A DNA stretch of 64,000 nt from Thermoproteota archaeon (lineage in GTDB: Archaea > Thermoproteota > Thermoprotei_A > Sulfolobales > Ignisphaeraceae), in NCBI GenBank assembly GCA_030550585.1, contig JAUQPB010000001.1:192001-256000 (forward strand), written 5' to 3'. Shown piece by piece: positions 22,271 through 32,701 of the stretch (the stretch's first letter is position 1; the number at the start of each line of letters is the position of its first letter). The notes under the pieces are model-generated. The model was not told the DNA's origin. It did not search any database and saw only the letters and a list, made by a program, of their open reading frames with translations. The position numbers and the translations under genes were made by a program.

Positions 22271-22804
22271 ATCGCAACAGAGTTTTCGCTACTAGACATA
22301 GTATATTATTCAACCCCAGTTAAGGTAATGGTTCTAAGAAGTGTGCCTTACAACCCGTTACTTGGATCCGCACTACAAAAAGGATCCGAGGAAAAAGTGC
22401 CTAGATGGATTGCTCAAATTCTTGAAGAAAAAGGGTTTGTTGAAATACTCGAGAAGCCCTACAGCCCCCAAGAGCTGACTAGAATAAGGTTTTCTCATAC
22501 ACAACAAAGAGCTACATTGAGTAAATTAGATGACTTCTTCTACATAAACACTGTTACAGCGATAAATAAACTTGGGGAAAAGGCTAAGAAGGAAACCGAT
22601 ATAGAGTTGCTAAGAATAGTTGATAGAGCTAAGGAAGACTTCAATGAAATTTCAAATATAAGACTCTCACATATAGTAAGAGCAATACAATTCCAAAGTC
22701 TTGATACAATATCAAAATCGCTTACCGTTGAAGAAAAAATTCTTTCAATGCTTATACAAAAAATAATGTCGACATGGCTGAAGAAATATGTTTTGATTAG
22801 GTGA
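22271..22804 (+). CDS. gins23: GINS complex subunit Gins23 (start uncertain: ATC 22271 or ATG 22328)
   Basis: G.E..VPRWIA..L...G, LSKLDDFFY, R..HIV, LTVEE. Directly upstream of mcm. Confidence 0.85.
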   Translation: MATEFSLLDIVYYSTPVKVMVLRSVPYNPLLGSALQKGSEEKVPRWIAQILEEKGFVEILEKPYSPQELTRIRFSHTQQRATLSKLDDFFYINTVTAINKLGEKAKKETDIELLRIVDRAKEDFNEISNIRLSHIVRAIQFQSLDTISKSLTVEEKILSMLIQKIMSTWLKKYVLIR

Positions 22805-22810
22805 TTTAAC

Positions 22811-24874
22811 ATGGGCGAGCAGGTTCCAGAAACTACAACAATTGTTTTTGATATTGTTCAAGCAATCGAGGAGTTTATAAAGAGCTATAAGATTGAAGGA
22901 AAGGCTAAGTATAGAGAGCTCATTAGAAGGATGATTCTTGAAAATAGATATGATGTGGAGATAGACTTCAGCGACATTATGAGCTTCAATCCAAAGCTTG
23001 CGGAGAAGATAATAAGGGATCCTGAAAACGCTATAAAAAGATTCTCCGAAGTACTAAAAAGTATTGTTGCATACGAGGCTCCAGAATATCTCGATAAGAT
23101 ATATGAGGTTGTGCCACGGTTCAAGAACCTGCCAATAACTTTTAAAATACGTGACATAAGAAGCAATCTAATAAATAATTTAATTGCTGTTGAAGGCATA
23201 GTTGTAAGGGCGTCTCCCCCAAAGCAAAAAATTGTTGAAGCTGTTTTCCAACACGAATGTGGTAACGAGGTTATAGTGCCTGTTGTTGGTGATGTTGTTG
23301 AAAAGCCTGTTCAGTGCCCCTATTGCCATAGATCAACAGGTGCCTGGAGACTTCTTGAAGAAAAATCTAGGTTCAGAGATTTCCAGAGGCTGGTAATACA
23401 AGAGAAGCCAGAGGAAATACCAGCAGGCAGAATGCCTAGATCCATAGAGGTTGATGTATTTGATAACCTAGTTGATGTTACAAGACCTGGCGACAGAGTT
23501 GTCGTTGTTGGTATTCTAAAGCTTAGGAGCTCTGGAACTAAAAAAGTGAAAAGCTTATACGACACATATATTGAGGCAAACAATATTATTGTATCCCAAA
23601 GAATGCTTGAAGAAATAGAGATTACTAGAGAAGATGAGGAGAAGATAAAAGAGCTTGCAAAAGATCCTTTGATAAGAAGAAAGATAATAGCATCCATAGC
23701 ACCTGCAATCTACGGACTCTGGGATATAAAAGAGGCTATAGCACTTCTACTATTTGGTGGGGTACCCAAAACCCTGCCAGATGGCACGAGAATACGCGGA
23801 GACATCCACGTGCTGATGATAGGCGATCCGGGTACCGCAAAATCTCAGTTACTTCAGTATGTTGCACGCATAGCCCCCAGAGCCATATATACAACAGGTA
23901 AAGGTGCTACAGCTGCAGGTCTAACAGCAGCTGTTGTAAGGGATAAGCAGACTGGTGAGTACTATCTAGAGGCAGGCGCACTTGTGCTAGCTGATGGGGG
24001 AATAGCATGCATAGATGAAATTGATAAGATGAGAGAAGAGGATAGAGTAGCCATTCACGAGGCTATGGAACAGCAAACAATATCTATAGCTAAAGCTGGT
24101 ATAGTAGCTAGATTAAACTCGAGAACCTCTGTTCTAGCTGCTGGAAACCCAAGATACGGCAGATATCTGGTAAATAGGTCTATAGCAGAAAACGTTAACT
24201 TACCTCCAACAATATTATCAAGATTTGATTTGATATTTGTCATAAGAGATGTGCCAAATACTGAAAGAGATGCTAGGCTGGCTAGACACATAGCAGAGGT
24301 GCACGCTGCAGAGGATGTGGTAAAACCATTGATAGACATTGATATAATTAGAAAATATATTGCCTATGCTAGAAAGTATGTAAGGCCTGTCCTAAGTGAA
24401 GAAGCTAGGAAAATGCTTGAAGAATTTTTTGTAGAAATGAGAAGAAAGAGTCTTGAAACACCCGATTCACCCATATCAATAACTGCTAGACAGCTAGAAG
24501 CTTTAATACGTCTAGCTGAAGCCCATGCAAAAATGGCTCTAAAACCTGTTGTCACAGAAGAAGATGCTGCAGAAGCAATAAGACTTATGAAGAGTATGCT
24601 GGAAAGCGTTGGCATTGATGTTGAAAGTGGCGAAATAGATATCGACGTTATTATGACTGGCAAGACAAAGTCGCAGAGAGAGAAGATGCTGATTATAGAA
24701 AACATCATAAGGGCCCTTGCAAAGGAAGAAGGATGTGCAAAGGTGAAAACCATAGTTGCGAAGGCTAGGGAAGAGAACATCGAGGATAAACTCGTTGAAG
24801 AGGTATTAATAAGAATGAGAAGAGAGGGTTTAATATATGAGGTAAAAGACGGTTGCTATGCACCAGTTGTATAG
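22811..24874 (+). CDS. mcm: MCM replicative helicase
   Basis: Zn motif HEC...CPYC, GDPGTAKSQ, IDEIDKM, HEAMEQQ, SRFD, ITARQLE. No intein. Confidence 0.98.
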   Translation: MGEQVPETTTIVFDIVQAIEEFIKSYKIEGKAKYRELIRRMILENRYDVEIDFSDIMSFNPKLAEKIIRDPENAIKRFSEVLKSIVAYEAPEYLDKIYEVVPRFKNLPITFKIRDIRSNLINNLIAVEGIVVRASPPKQKIVEAVFQHECGNEVIVPVVGDVVEKPVQCPYCHRSTGAWRLLEEKSRFRDFQRLVIQEKPEEIPAGRMPRSIEVDVFDNLVDVTRPGDRVVVVGILKLRSSGTKKVKSLYDTYIEANNIIVSQRMLEEIEITREDEEKIKELAKDPLIRRKIIASIAPAIYGLWDIKEAIALLLFGGVPKTLPDGTRIRGDIHVLMIGDPGTAKSQLLQYVARIAPRAIYTTGKGATAAGLTAAVVRDKQTGEYYLEAGALVLADGGIACIDEIDKMREEDRVAIHEAMEQQTISIAKAGIVARLNSRTSVLAAGNPRYGRYLVNRSIAENVNLPPTILSRFDLIFVIRDVPNTERDARLARHIAEVHAAEDVVKPLIDIDIIRKYIAYARKYVRPVLSEEARKMLEEFFVEMRRKSLETPDSPISITARQLEALIRLAEAHAKMALKPVVTEEDAAEAIRLMKSMLESVGIDVESGEIDIDVIMTGKTKSQREKMLIIENIIRALAKEEGCAKVKTIVAKAREENIEDKLVEEVLIRMRREGLIYEVKDGCYAPVV

Positions 24875-25002
24875 CTTTAGAATGCAGACGATATAACGAA
24901 TGACGATACAACAATGATAAATACACAAAGCTTATAATACCACACAACAAGTACTCAGATAAACATAGCCAGAATCAGCACATAAATGTAAGGTAGTAAG
25001 AG

Positions 25003-25269
25003 ATGTCTGTGTGCCGAAAATATGTTGTAAAGGTTGGGGAAAAAGAAATTGAGCTTGACGAAAAGGTTGTAAAAGTTTTGAATGTCTATGTAAGAACAGA
25101 AATGAGTCTAGAAAAGCTTGCAGAAGAGCTCGGCCTAGACGGGTGGGCAGAGGCATACGAATTTGTTAAAAAGGTTCCAGCATGGATTGCCTGGACACCT
25201 TCAATACTATGGAAACGCGAAATGGAAAAATGCGAAGGAGCTAATGAGATAAGAATCATAAAGATTTAG
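25003..25269 (+). CDS. conserved crenarchaeal hypothetical protein, HTH-like
   Basis: SLEKLAEELGLDGWAEAYEFVKKVPAWI resembles a family recalled from Thermoprotei. Confidence 0.7.
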   Translation: MSVCRKYVVKVGEKEIELDEKVVKVLNVYVRTEMSLEKLAEELGLDGWAEAYEFVKKVPAWIAWTPSILWKREMEKCEGANEIRIIKI

Positions 25270-25321
25270 CTGTACAACTTATTAAAGCAAAAACGGTTCC
25301 TTTAAATATATACATATATGT

Positions 25322-25416
<95 letters not shown>

Positions 25417-25624
25417 CTAAACCAATTCTAATACATTAAGTGAGAATGGATTGTAAGGATGATTTTTATGGCCACACATTTAAAAGGCTTTTGATTAATA
25501 ATTTCTGTGTAAGACTGATGTAACTCCGTTTGGCGTATTACTGAGGAGCCTTTGTGGTATTACTGTGGTAATAATTCAAATATTCATTGCATCAATATTT
25601 CTTGTACAAAGAGGTTTGATCGCC

Positions 25625-25816
25625 TTGCCTGTTGTGTATAAATGTGCAAATTGTGGAGAGACTCTATACAAGTTTGTTAGGGCGGGTCAAGACTACTATG
25701 GAATTCCCTCGCTATCGGAATTGAAGGTTAGGATAGGTAATAAATGTCCAAAATGTGGTAAAGAATTGCATAACAGCATTGACCTAGTCGATATAGTGAT
25801 TTCGGCAAGAAAATAG
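25625..25816 (+). CDS. small Zn-ribbon protein (conserved crenarchaeal)
   Basis: TTG start after GAGGT. MPVVYKCANCG...GIPS...CPKCG. Confidence 0.75.
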   Translation: MPVVYKCANCGETLYKFVRAGQDYYGIPSLSELKVRIGNKCPKCGKELHNSIDLVDIVISARK

Positions 25817-25867
25817 TGTTTAGTTGATTAGCCGCCATAGCAATTACATAGCAAATGATAATCTAAT

Positions 25868-27256
25868 TTAATAACTCAAGATTTTTCTTTCTAAGAATTT
25901 TTTGAGCCATGCCATATACGATTTGTCTCCATCAATATCCACATCGCGTATCGATGAAACCCTCGTAACCTCAGCTACTCTTAATGATGAAGGAGATACC
26001 TGCTCTAGAACCTCTTTTATAATGTCCTCAGGACCTTTCCTTCTTTTTCTTATACATACAAGCCTTCCATTTTCGTCGATCCAAGGACCAATTACAGCAT
26101 TTTTATTCTTCATCAGAAAACTTATTGCATTTGGATCGTAGGCTGGGGGCCCAATGTGATATTCATATTCTCTACATTCGTAGAGTTCTATAATGGTTAT
26201 GGCCCTAGATAGAGTTGGATCAACCCATGAATCGATGTATGTACATCTAAAGCCATATTCATTTAAGGTATTTCTAATTGAGCTGTGTATTCTTCTGATT
26301 TGCCCCCATACAACATCTGGAATTTTCTTGGTGACATCGAATTTTATTGCTATATAGCATAGTCCTTCATTAAATATTCTATTCCTTAATAATTCCTGAT
26401 TATATTCCTCAGAAACCTCGTCTTTCTTAATCTCAAAAAATTTTTCAGATGGGTTTTCCAGAAAGAGCCTGGCAAGTAGCTTAAACATTGCAAAGCTCTT
26501 TATAGAGAGTGCCGATGCAGCATTTCTTTTTGCGTCGACAGGATCTACAACAACTAGAACATCATTTTTGAATCTACTTCTACACTCTTTCTCACTAGCA
26601 TAGTAGCCCTCTATATCTATACATGTCTTGTAAGCTCTCCATGATAATGATGCCTTTAGCGTATCGATGAAAGAACCGTACTTTATTATCAACAGCTCGG
26701 TCAGATAACCAGAAAAACCTTGTGTCTTTATTTCTGCCCCATATATATTCCATACTTTGAGAAAGTACTTGAGAAGCCTAACCTCATCCTTGCACTCCTC
26801 ACATAATTTCGTCCTAACATACTCGGTGTGAAACGGTGTTCTATCAACAGCCGAAATTATTTCACTTGGCTTCGAAATTTTGAATGCGGGCACAATGTTT
26901 ATCTCATAACCACCAACATGAGTTACTATGTATGGATGAGAAGCATACTCAACAACTACTCTATATCCTTTTTCCTGCAAACACTGCGAAGCTATCTCAA
27001 CAAAATTCTTGTTTATCCAGTCAACAGTATAGTAACTTGGATCAAACAGTATGAAAATGTCTATATCTACATCATCTTTAAGAAACGTGTCCTTTGCTAC
27101 AGATCCTTGTAATGTAACTTCGAAATGCTCTAAACCTTTTTTGTTAAAGCATTTGTAGATAAAGTTCTGAACTTCATCATATATTCTGAACACCGTATCT
27201 CTTATTCTATCGTCAGGTTTTATCAGAGTAAGGACTTTTTTGAGTATCTCCTTCAA
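25868..27256 (-). CDS. cca: CCA-adding enzyme (class I)
   Basis: GSVAKDTFL..DVDIDIF, YASHPY, SAVDRTPFH, YGAE, GFSGYL.ELL. Confidence 0.96.
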   Translation of the reverse strand: MKEILKKVLTLIKPDDRIRDTVFRIYDEVQNFIYKCFNKKGLEHFEVTLQGSVAKDTFLKDDVDIDIFILFDPSYYTVDWINKNFVEIASQCLQEKGYRVVVEYASHPYIVTHVGGYEINIVPAFKISKPSEIISAVDRTPFHTEYVRTKLCEECKDEVRLLKYFLKVWNIYGAEIKTQGFSGYLTELLIIKYGSFIDTLKASLSWRAYKTCIDIEGYYASEKECRSRFKNDVLVVVDPVDAKRNAASALSIKSFAMFKLLARLFLENPSEKFFEIKKDEVSEEYNQELLRNRIFNEGLCYIAIKFDVTKKIPDVVWGQIRRIHSSIRNTLNEYGFRCTYIDSWVDPTLSRAITIIELYECREYEYHIGPPAYDPNAISFLMKNKNAVIGPWIDENGRLVCIRKRRKGPEDIIKEVLEQVSPSSLRVAEVTRVSSIRDVDIDGDKSYMAWLKKFLERKILSY

Positions 27257-27275
27257 TATTGAAATCCCGTTTTAC

Positions 27276-27857
27276 CTACAGTAGTAGTCTTGCCACATGA
27301 ATATCGGAGTATATGGGTCCTCTAGGCGTAAGAATGCTTCTCTTGATTTTGATTTGTGTAATGGTTGATGACCCGAAGACATAGTCTTTGTATTCATCGA
27401 AGTATTTCTGCAATTTTTCAACACCTCTATAGCTTTTCAGCCTAGCAATTGTTATATGTGGCGAAAATTCGTGTTGATCTTTGTGCACATCTTTTAAACC
27501 TCTCCTAACTATTTCTGAATCAATATACTTTCTGATGTTCGCCAAGGTTTCGAACCCTTCTACAATCCCTACCCAGAGAACCCTTGGTCTATAAACATTT
27601 GGAAACGCACCAAAGCCTGCAACCTTTATTTTAAAAGGTTTGAACATCTTAGAAACATTATCAAGCAATTCCTTAATTTGCTCAAGAGAAGCCATGGATA
27701 TCTCGCCAAGAAATCTAATAGTTAAATGTATATTCTCATCCTCAACAAACTTAGCATCTATTCCAAGAGTTTCCAACTGCTTTTTCCACTTGATAATATT
27801 GCTCAAGGTCTCTGTATCCTCTATCTCTATCGCTATGAAAGCTCTTAAACCATTCAT
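27276..27857 (-). CDS. thpR: RNA 2',3'-cyclic phosphodiesterase / 2'-5' RNA ligase
   Basis: RAFIAI, two 2H motifs HLTI and PHITI, GAFP..PRVLW, TPRGPIY. Confidence 0.93.
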   Translation of the reverse strand: MNGLRAFIAIEIEDTETLSNIIKWKKQLETLGIDAKFVEDENIHLTIRFLGEISMASLEQIKELLDNVSKMFKPFKIKVAGFGAFPNVYRPRVLWVGIVEGFETLANIRKYIDSEIVRRGLKDVHKDQHEFSPHITIARLKSYRGVEKLQKYFDEYKDYVFGSSTITQIKIKRSILTPRGPIYSDIHVARLLL

Positions 27858-27957
27858 TTACTTTGCCCATGGATAATTCAATAACTAAAAGGAATTAAAG
27901 CTTATATACACCACGAATACATTCAGATCTGTACCAGTATCGCAAAGGTTGAAGAAT

Positions 27958-28140
27958 ATGCCATGCTCACTACAGGTAAAGGTTAAAGATCCAACATCTC
28001 ATCTAGAGGTTACATTAGCACCCGAAAAAGTTTATGTGATTAGAAATCACATGGGGAAAGTGATTAAAATAGGTCTTTTCAAAAGCCCTAAAACAGGTCA
28101 GATGTTTAGAGCGTTGCTACCAGAGAGCTATACATGCTAA
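27958..28140 (+). CDS. creN7: Cren7 chromatin protein (divergent)
   Basis: VKVKDP...EV.L.PEKV...IKIGLFKSPKTG..FRA.LP..Y aligns with the Cren7 consensus. Confidence 0.82.
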   Translation: MPCSLQVKVKDPTSHLEVTLAPEKVYVIRNHMGKVIKIGLFKSPKTGQMFRALLPESYTC

Positions 28141-28186
28141 AAAAGAATAGAAGAGTGTGTGTTCATACACATTAAGCAGAGATTCA

Positions 28187-28609
28187 CTATTCTTTGAATT
28201 CTCCTTCAACCTCTTCAGGAGGTAAGGGCACCTCCTTAATTCTCTCCTCAACCTCTTCCCCTAGTTCTGACAGTAATATTCTTATCTCCTTAACCGCTGG
28301 TTTGGCTATTTTCTTTACACCTCTATGACCAGGCAAATAGACTGCTCTAACAATATTCACTTCCTCCAATCGTTTTACATGCGTACTTATATTGGCCTTG
28401 CTTTGCCCTAGCTTGTCTGCCAAATCCTCTATCCCCATATCCCCTTTAAAGGTAAGTCCAATTATCCTTAGTCTTGTTAGAGACGCTAAAGCGCTTGCCA
28501 CTTTTTCAATAAATTCTTCCCCAGCCACATACATAACATCTCCTTCAATCCATATACCTCTTCTTATTTTAGTGACATCAACCTTTTCTTCATCAACATG
28601 TGTTCCCAT
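28187..28609 (-). CDS. ArsR-family transcriptional regulator
   Basis: SALASLTRLRII, DLADKLGQSKANISTHVKRLEE, PGHRGVKK. Confidence 0.85.
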   Translation of the reverse strand: MGTHVDEEKVDVTKIRRGIWIEGDVMYVAGEEFIEKVASALASLTRLRIIGLTFKGDMGIEDLADKLGQSKANISTHVKRLEEVNIVRAVYLPGHRGVKKIAKPAVKEIRILLSELGEEVEERIKEVPLPPEEVEGEFKE

Positions 28610-28757
28610 TATCGCATACACCACCAAGCAAATTTCTAGCTATGTATCTATATACTGCTTTACACAGATTTAAACATTTTGTCTTGAAAACCGAAAAAAT
28701 CATAAATTAAATTTGCCAGCATATCAAATATGATTATTGACTTCTTTCACAAAGGCT

Positions 28758-30728
28758 TCAAATATCTTTATACCAATCTTCAGGAAGCCCAAGCTGAGTT
28801 GCTATCATTTTTGTTGCTCTTAAGACCCATTCTCTAATTGTATCGTCTCTGTTACTTGCAAACTTTTTGTTCCATTCCTCTACATTAAGTTCTGTAGCAA
28901 GAGTTGCAATTACATCCTTTGCTCTCTCGCTTTCAACAACCCTTGGCTTTGCATTTGCCTTTATAGCATACATGGCTATTCTTTGATATAGTGTCTTGCT
29001 ATACTGGTCTAGATCTATCTTCACGCCTAATAACTCGTACAGTTTTGGCAATATCTTTTCGGCCCATCCCCTGTGGAATCTACAAAGTCCTGCATTTGAG
29101 ATTTCTAGTTCTTTAACGGCCCTTGTAGCAGCTACTTTGGCAAATTCTTCAGGTTCTGTAAATGTTGATGTATAGTTTGTCCAATACTTTCCTGTTACAG
29201 CTAATGGCAAGAGGAAGCCAGGTGTCCAGTAATAGTTTGGTGTCATGTACCCATCTTCGCCATATGGTTGATAGACTACGAGATCCTCGAATCTAAGCCC
29301 AGTTCTCTTCACCCTATCACTAAACATCATATCTAGTTGTTTGCATGCAAATCTAACACCTTTTGCTACGATCTTCAAAACGTCTGTTGAACCCTCTACC
29401 AACCCTTTCAAAATCTTTTCAGCTAGATACGCATTTACAGCCCATTCATCGATGTTCATAAGCATTGGATCCATATTAGGCTTTCTATCAAGTCCTACTT
29501 CCTCTGGCTTCAAAAGACCTTTGTAGACAGCTTCTAATAGCCATGCGACCACATGTCCTATGCCAATGGCGTCAAAGCCTAGCTGGTCTGCCAAGTCAAC
29601 TAAATTCCTTGTTAACTCAATCTTAAATACTCCTATGGATGGCCCTAGAGCGTTTGTTGGCTCATAGTCTAGTTTCTTCCCTCTCCATATCTTCTTGCAT
29701 GAGGCTGGGCATGGTTCTCCGCATGTGGCCCAAGTCTTTGCCATGTCAAAGGACTCTGTCTTCACTGGTTTCCAGAAATTTTCGAGGATAAGGTCAACAA
29801 GCTTCTTTCTCACAGACTTGTGAAGGTAAATGCTGTTAAAGTTGAATAGAGGCAACAACTCTCTATAGTGCGGATAGTTAACGCCAAATGTTCCTCCCGC
29901 ACCTATGCTCGGGTCGTATCGATATTTGACTGTGGCCTCATTAACAGCTTGTATAAAATCTTTTGCTAGCAGTGTCTTCATCGTTGAATAGAGTTCGGTA
30001 ACTTCTGTCAGTTGCTTAGGTAATTGTGGTTTATAGGATCCTCCAGCAACAATAGCCACAACATTGTGTGCTTGTGCTAAAACTGATCCTCCTCCACCTC
30101 TGGCGGCAAATTCCTCAGCACCATCGACAAATCTCTTTTTAACAAAGTCTACATCAATTGAGACTAGAGCTCCATAGACAGTTTTGAAGGCTGCTGGCCC
30201 AACAACTATTGGTCTTGCCTTCATAGATGATATTTCATTCCAAAAAGTGTCTATAAGATATTTCTCTAGGGCATAGGCGCCTATATAGCCGTCATACCCC
30301 TTGTATATCTCTTCCAATTTACTCAATGGAATTTTCCTTATGGCTACCTCTGCAACTCCTTTTTCATCTCCTTTAACAAATATTATAGCAGGTTCATCAC
30401 TTTTACCCTCAACAGATATTGCATTAACACCACATCCAATGAATCTATAGCCGGCACCACCCATTTCAGATACATGTATCGTTTTGCTTTCAGGACTCCT
30501 AAATACAGCAACAATTCTATGAGTGCCAAATAGCTTGCTTCCAGCAAATGGACCTGTGCCTATGACTACAGCATTACTTGGATCGAAAACGTCTTTGCTC
30601 CATGTAGCCAGTTCTTCATGGATTTTTATGCCAACATCTATTGGACCTAGAACCTCTCCGAGCCTATATTCATGTATGGACCACTTGCCACTTGACACAT
30701 CTATTCTCAGCACTCTGTAACTGGACAT
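28758..30728 (-). CDS. gor: tungsten aldehyde:ferredoxin oxidoreductase family, probably glyceraldehyde-3-phosphate:ferredoxin oxidoreductase (GAPOR)
   Basis: SEMGGAG, AARGGGGS, GGTFGVNY, TCGEPCPASCKK, DYEP, GFDAI, CRFHRGW. Confidence 0.87.
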   Translation of the reverse strand: MSSYRVLRIDVSSGKWSIHEYRLGEVLGPIDVGIKIHEELATWSKDVFDPSNAVVIGTGPFAGSKLFGTHRIVAVFRSPESKTIHVSEMGGAGYRFIGCGVNAISVEGKSDEPAIIFVKGDEKGVAEVAIRKIPLSKLEEIYKGYDGYIGAYALEKYLIDTFWNEISSMKARPIVVGPAAFKTVYGALVSIDVDFVKKRFVDGAEEFAARGGGGSVLAQAHNVVAIVAGGSYKPQLPKQLTEVTELYSTMKTLLAKDFIQAVNEATVKYRYDPSIGAGGTFGVNYPHYRELLPLFNFNSIYLHKSVRKKLVDLILENFWKPVKTESFDMAKTWATCGEPCPASCKKIWRGKKLDYEPTNALGPSIGVFKIELTRNLVDLADQLGFDAIGIGHVVAWLLEAVYKGLLKPEEVGLDRKPNMDPMLMNIDEWAVNAYLAEKILKGLVEGSTDVLKIVAKGVRFACKQLDMMFSDRVKRTGLRFEDLVVYQPYGEDGYMTPNYYWTPGFLLPLAVTGKYWTNYTSTFTEPEEFAKVAATRAVKELEISNAGLCRFHRGWAEKILPKLYELLGVKIDLDQYSKTLYQRIAMYAIKANAKPRVVESERAKDVIATLATELNVEEWNKKFASNRDDTIREWVLRATKMIATQLGLPEDWYKDI

Positions 30729-30920
30729 TGTTTCACACCAAATTTCTATGATAGCCTTCTGCTGAGCCTAGGTTAAATTGTTTTAAGCTAGTACCATATT
30801 ATCTAGTTATAATGAGTTTGATGATATATCTCAGTAATATTTTATTTGCTGACAATGATTTGTTTAACATATTTTATCTTCTCAGCCAAATTCGTATATG
30901 CCTAATCACAAGGAGATGCC

Positions 30921-31184
30921 ATGTTGAAAATAAAAGATGCTATTAACAAAATCTTGTGGAGCGAGAAAGACATTGAGAGGTACTATATCGTCATAGTTGA
31001 TAGAGCTGAGGTTTCAGGAACCAAGAAAATACCTTTATCCAGGGTTGCAAGAGTGGACAATAACTACATCTATGTTGCAGATGCTCTAGGAGAAGAACAT
31101 CCAATACCACTTCACAGAGTTATTAAGATCATCAAAGATGATGAAATTGTTTTTGAAAGGAATACTAGGAAGCCGAAGAGCTAA
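30921..31184 (+). CDS. DUF504 / RNA-repair-associated small protein
   Basis: IKDAINKILW...IPLHRVIKI...VFER. Confidence 0.8.
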   Translation: MLKIKDAINKILWSEKDIERYYIVIVDRAEVSGTKKIPLSRVARVDNNYIYVADALGEEHPIPLHRVIKIIKDDEIVFERNTRKPKS

Positions 31185-31237
31185 CTCTAAGATTTTTAAG
31201 ATTCTGCAACACATTTTGAGTGTGTGGCTGTGCTTGT

Positions 31238-32677
31238 ATGGAGCTAATTAGCGACAATATTAGAAAAAGTACAAAAGCAACAACTTTTGAGGTTATCGAC
31301 AGGTTCTTGCCAAGCGATTTAGCAGGATTTATAATCACCCAGAACATTCTTGGTGATGGCGATGAAACAACATTAGCGTTAGCAACAAAAATTGTATCAG
31401 CTTTGTATAGAGGTGTGCAAAAAAAGCTAATAGTGTTTAGAGATAGAGAGAACTACCAGCGGGCTCTAAGGTCCATAGCAGTAAATTTCAAGCAACTGGT
31501 TCTACATATAGTATCAGAGATGAAGTTACTAGATTTGGATTTAGTGCTGATATCGATTGTAATCGACGATGATATATCAGCCCTATCAGTCATATACAAG
31601 CAGAGTCTTGCAAGCGATGTATTTGATTACATAAAGCAAAATCAAAACAATGTGGCTGTGATTATATCAAACAAAAACGTTGATGTTGATGTAATACTAA
31701 ATAAGAGCCTCGGCTTCCTTAACAAACATGGGAAAAAGTATTATAGAGAGATTGCGAAGCACATTCAATTCAGTAACATATACACAATCATATTAGCTCT
31801 CGATACAGACAACGTTATAAAGATTAAACTTAGAGAAGATTATGGAAAAGAATCATCACTAACCATACCAATCAACATACCAACATGGAGTGTCAACGAC
31901 TTACCAGAGAGGATTAGAGAAGATCTTCGTACACTCATCATAGATCCGATAATTGCTCATGCCAATTATGCTCCACGCGGAATTATAATAGTTGGTCCCC
32001 CAGGCGTTGGAAAAAGTGTTACTGCAGAAGCTCTGGCAAATGCTCTTGGAAAAAGAGTTGTGAGGATAAATCCTGGTGTATACAGATCGATGTGGTATGG
32101 CATGACAGAAAAAATCCTTTCATCAATATTCTCCTCACTAAGAAGAAGAAAAGACATAGTTGTGTTAATCGATGATGCTGATTTTCTCGTCAGCAGATTT
32201 AATGCTATACACGAGGCTTTTATAGCTGAGATGAATATTTGGCTAAACATATTGCAAGAAAGACAAAGACCACTTATAATAATGACAACAAATACGCCAG
32301 AGGTTATGGATCCAGCGTTAATAAGGCCAGGGAGACTAGACATAGCCATATTCATGGGCTATCCAGACAGAAAAATGAGGGAGAGCATAATATTGAACTT
32401 ATGCAGAATTTACAATATCAAGGTGGCAAATGAGACTTTGATTAATGATATTGCATATAGAACAAAATGGTTTAATGCAGCAGAACTCGACTCGCTAGTC
32501 AGAATCGCGGCAAGTAAAGGAAAGGGCGTTATAACTGAAGACTCGGTTGAATGGGCTTTAAAGAAGTTCCACATAAACTATAGTGAGAGGAGACTAATTC
32601 AGGACAGTATCGAAAGCTATGCATCGAAGATGTCAAATGTTGTGATATCCTATATACCAAAAGAACATGAAATATAG
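31238..32677 (+). CDS. AAA+ ATPase (classic clade) with uncharacterised N-terminal domain
   Basis: GPPGVGKS, VLIDDAD, TTN.P..MDPALIRPGRLD. Confidence 0.85.
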   Translation: MELISDNIRKSTKATTFEVIDRFLPSDLAGFIITQNILGDGDETTLALATKIVSALYRGVQKKLIVFRDRENYQRALRSIAVNFKQLVLHIVSEMKLLDLDLVLISIVIDDDISALSVIYKQSLASDVFDYIKQNQNNVAVIISNKNVDVDVILNKSLGFLNKHGKKYYREIAKHIQFSNIYTIILALDTDNVIKIKLREDYGKESSLTIPINIPTWSVNDLPERIREDLRTLIIDPIIAHANYAPRGIIIVGPPGVGKSVTAEALANALGKRVVRINPGVYRSMWYGMTEKILSSIFSSLRRRKDIVVLIDDADFLVSRFNAIHEAFIAEMNIWLNILQERQRPLIIMTTNTPEVMDPALIRPGRLDIAIFMGYPDRKMRESIILNLCRIYNIKVANETLINDIAYRTKWFNAAELDSLVRIAASKGKGVITEDSVEWALKKFHINYSERRLIQDSIESYASKMSNVVISYIPKEHEI

Positions 32678-32701
32678 CAATGCAAATCAAATTACCAAAA
32701 T

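Noticed and set aside
19685-24874. inteins in RFC or MCM (also RadA)
   Set aside because: Lengths are standard and the P-loop motifs are uninterrupted.
25505-25570. box C/D sRNA downstream of tRNA-Pro (repeated GTATTACTG)
   Set aside because: Only one clean CTGA and no acceptable C or C' box.
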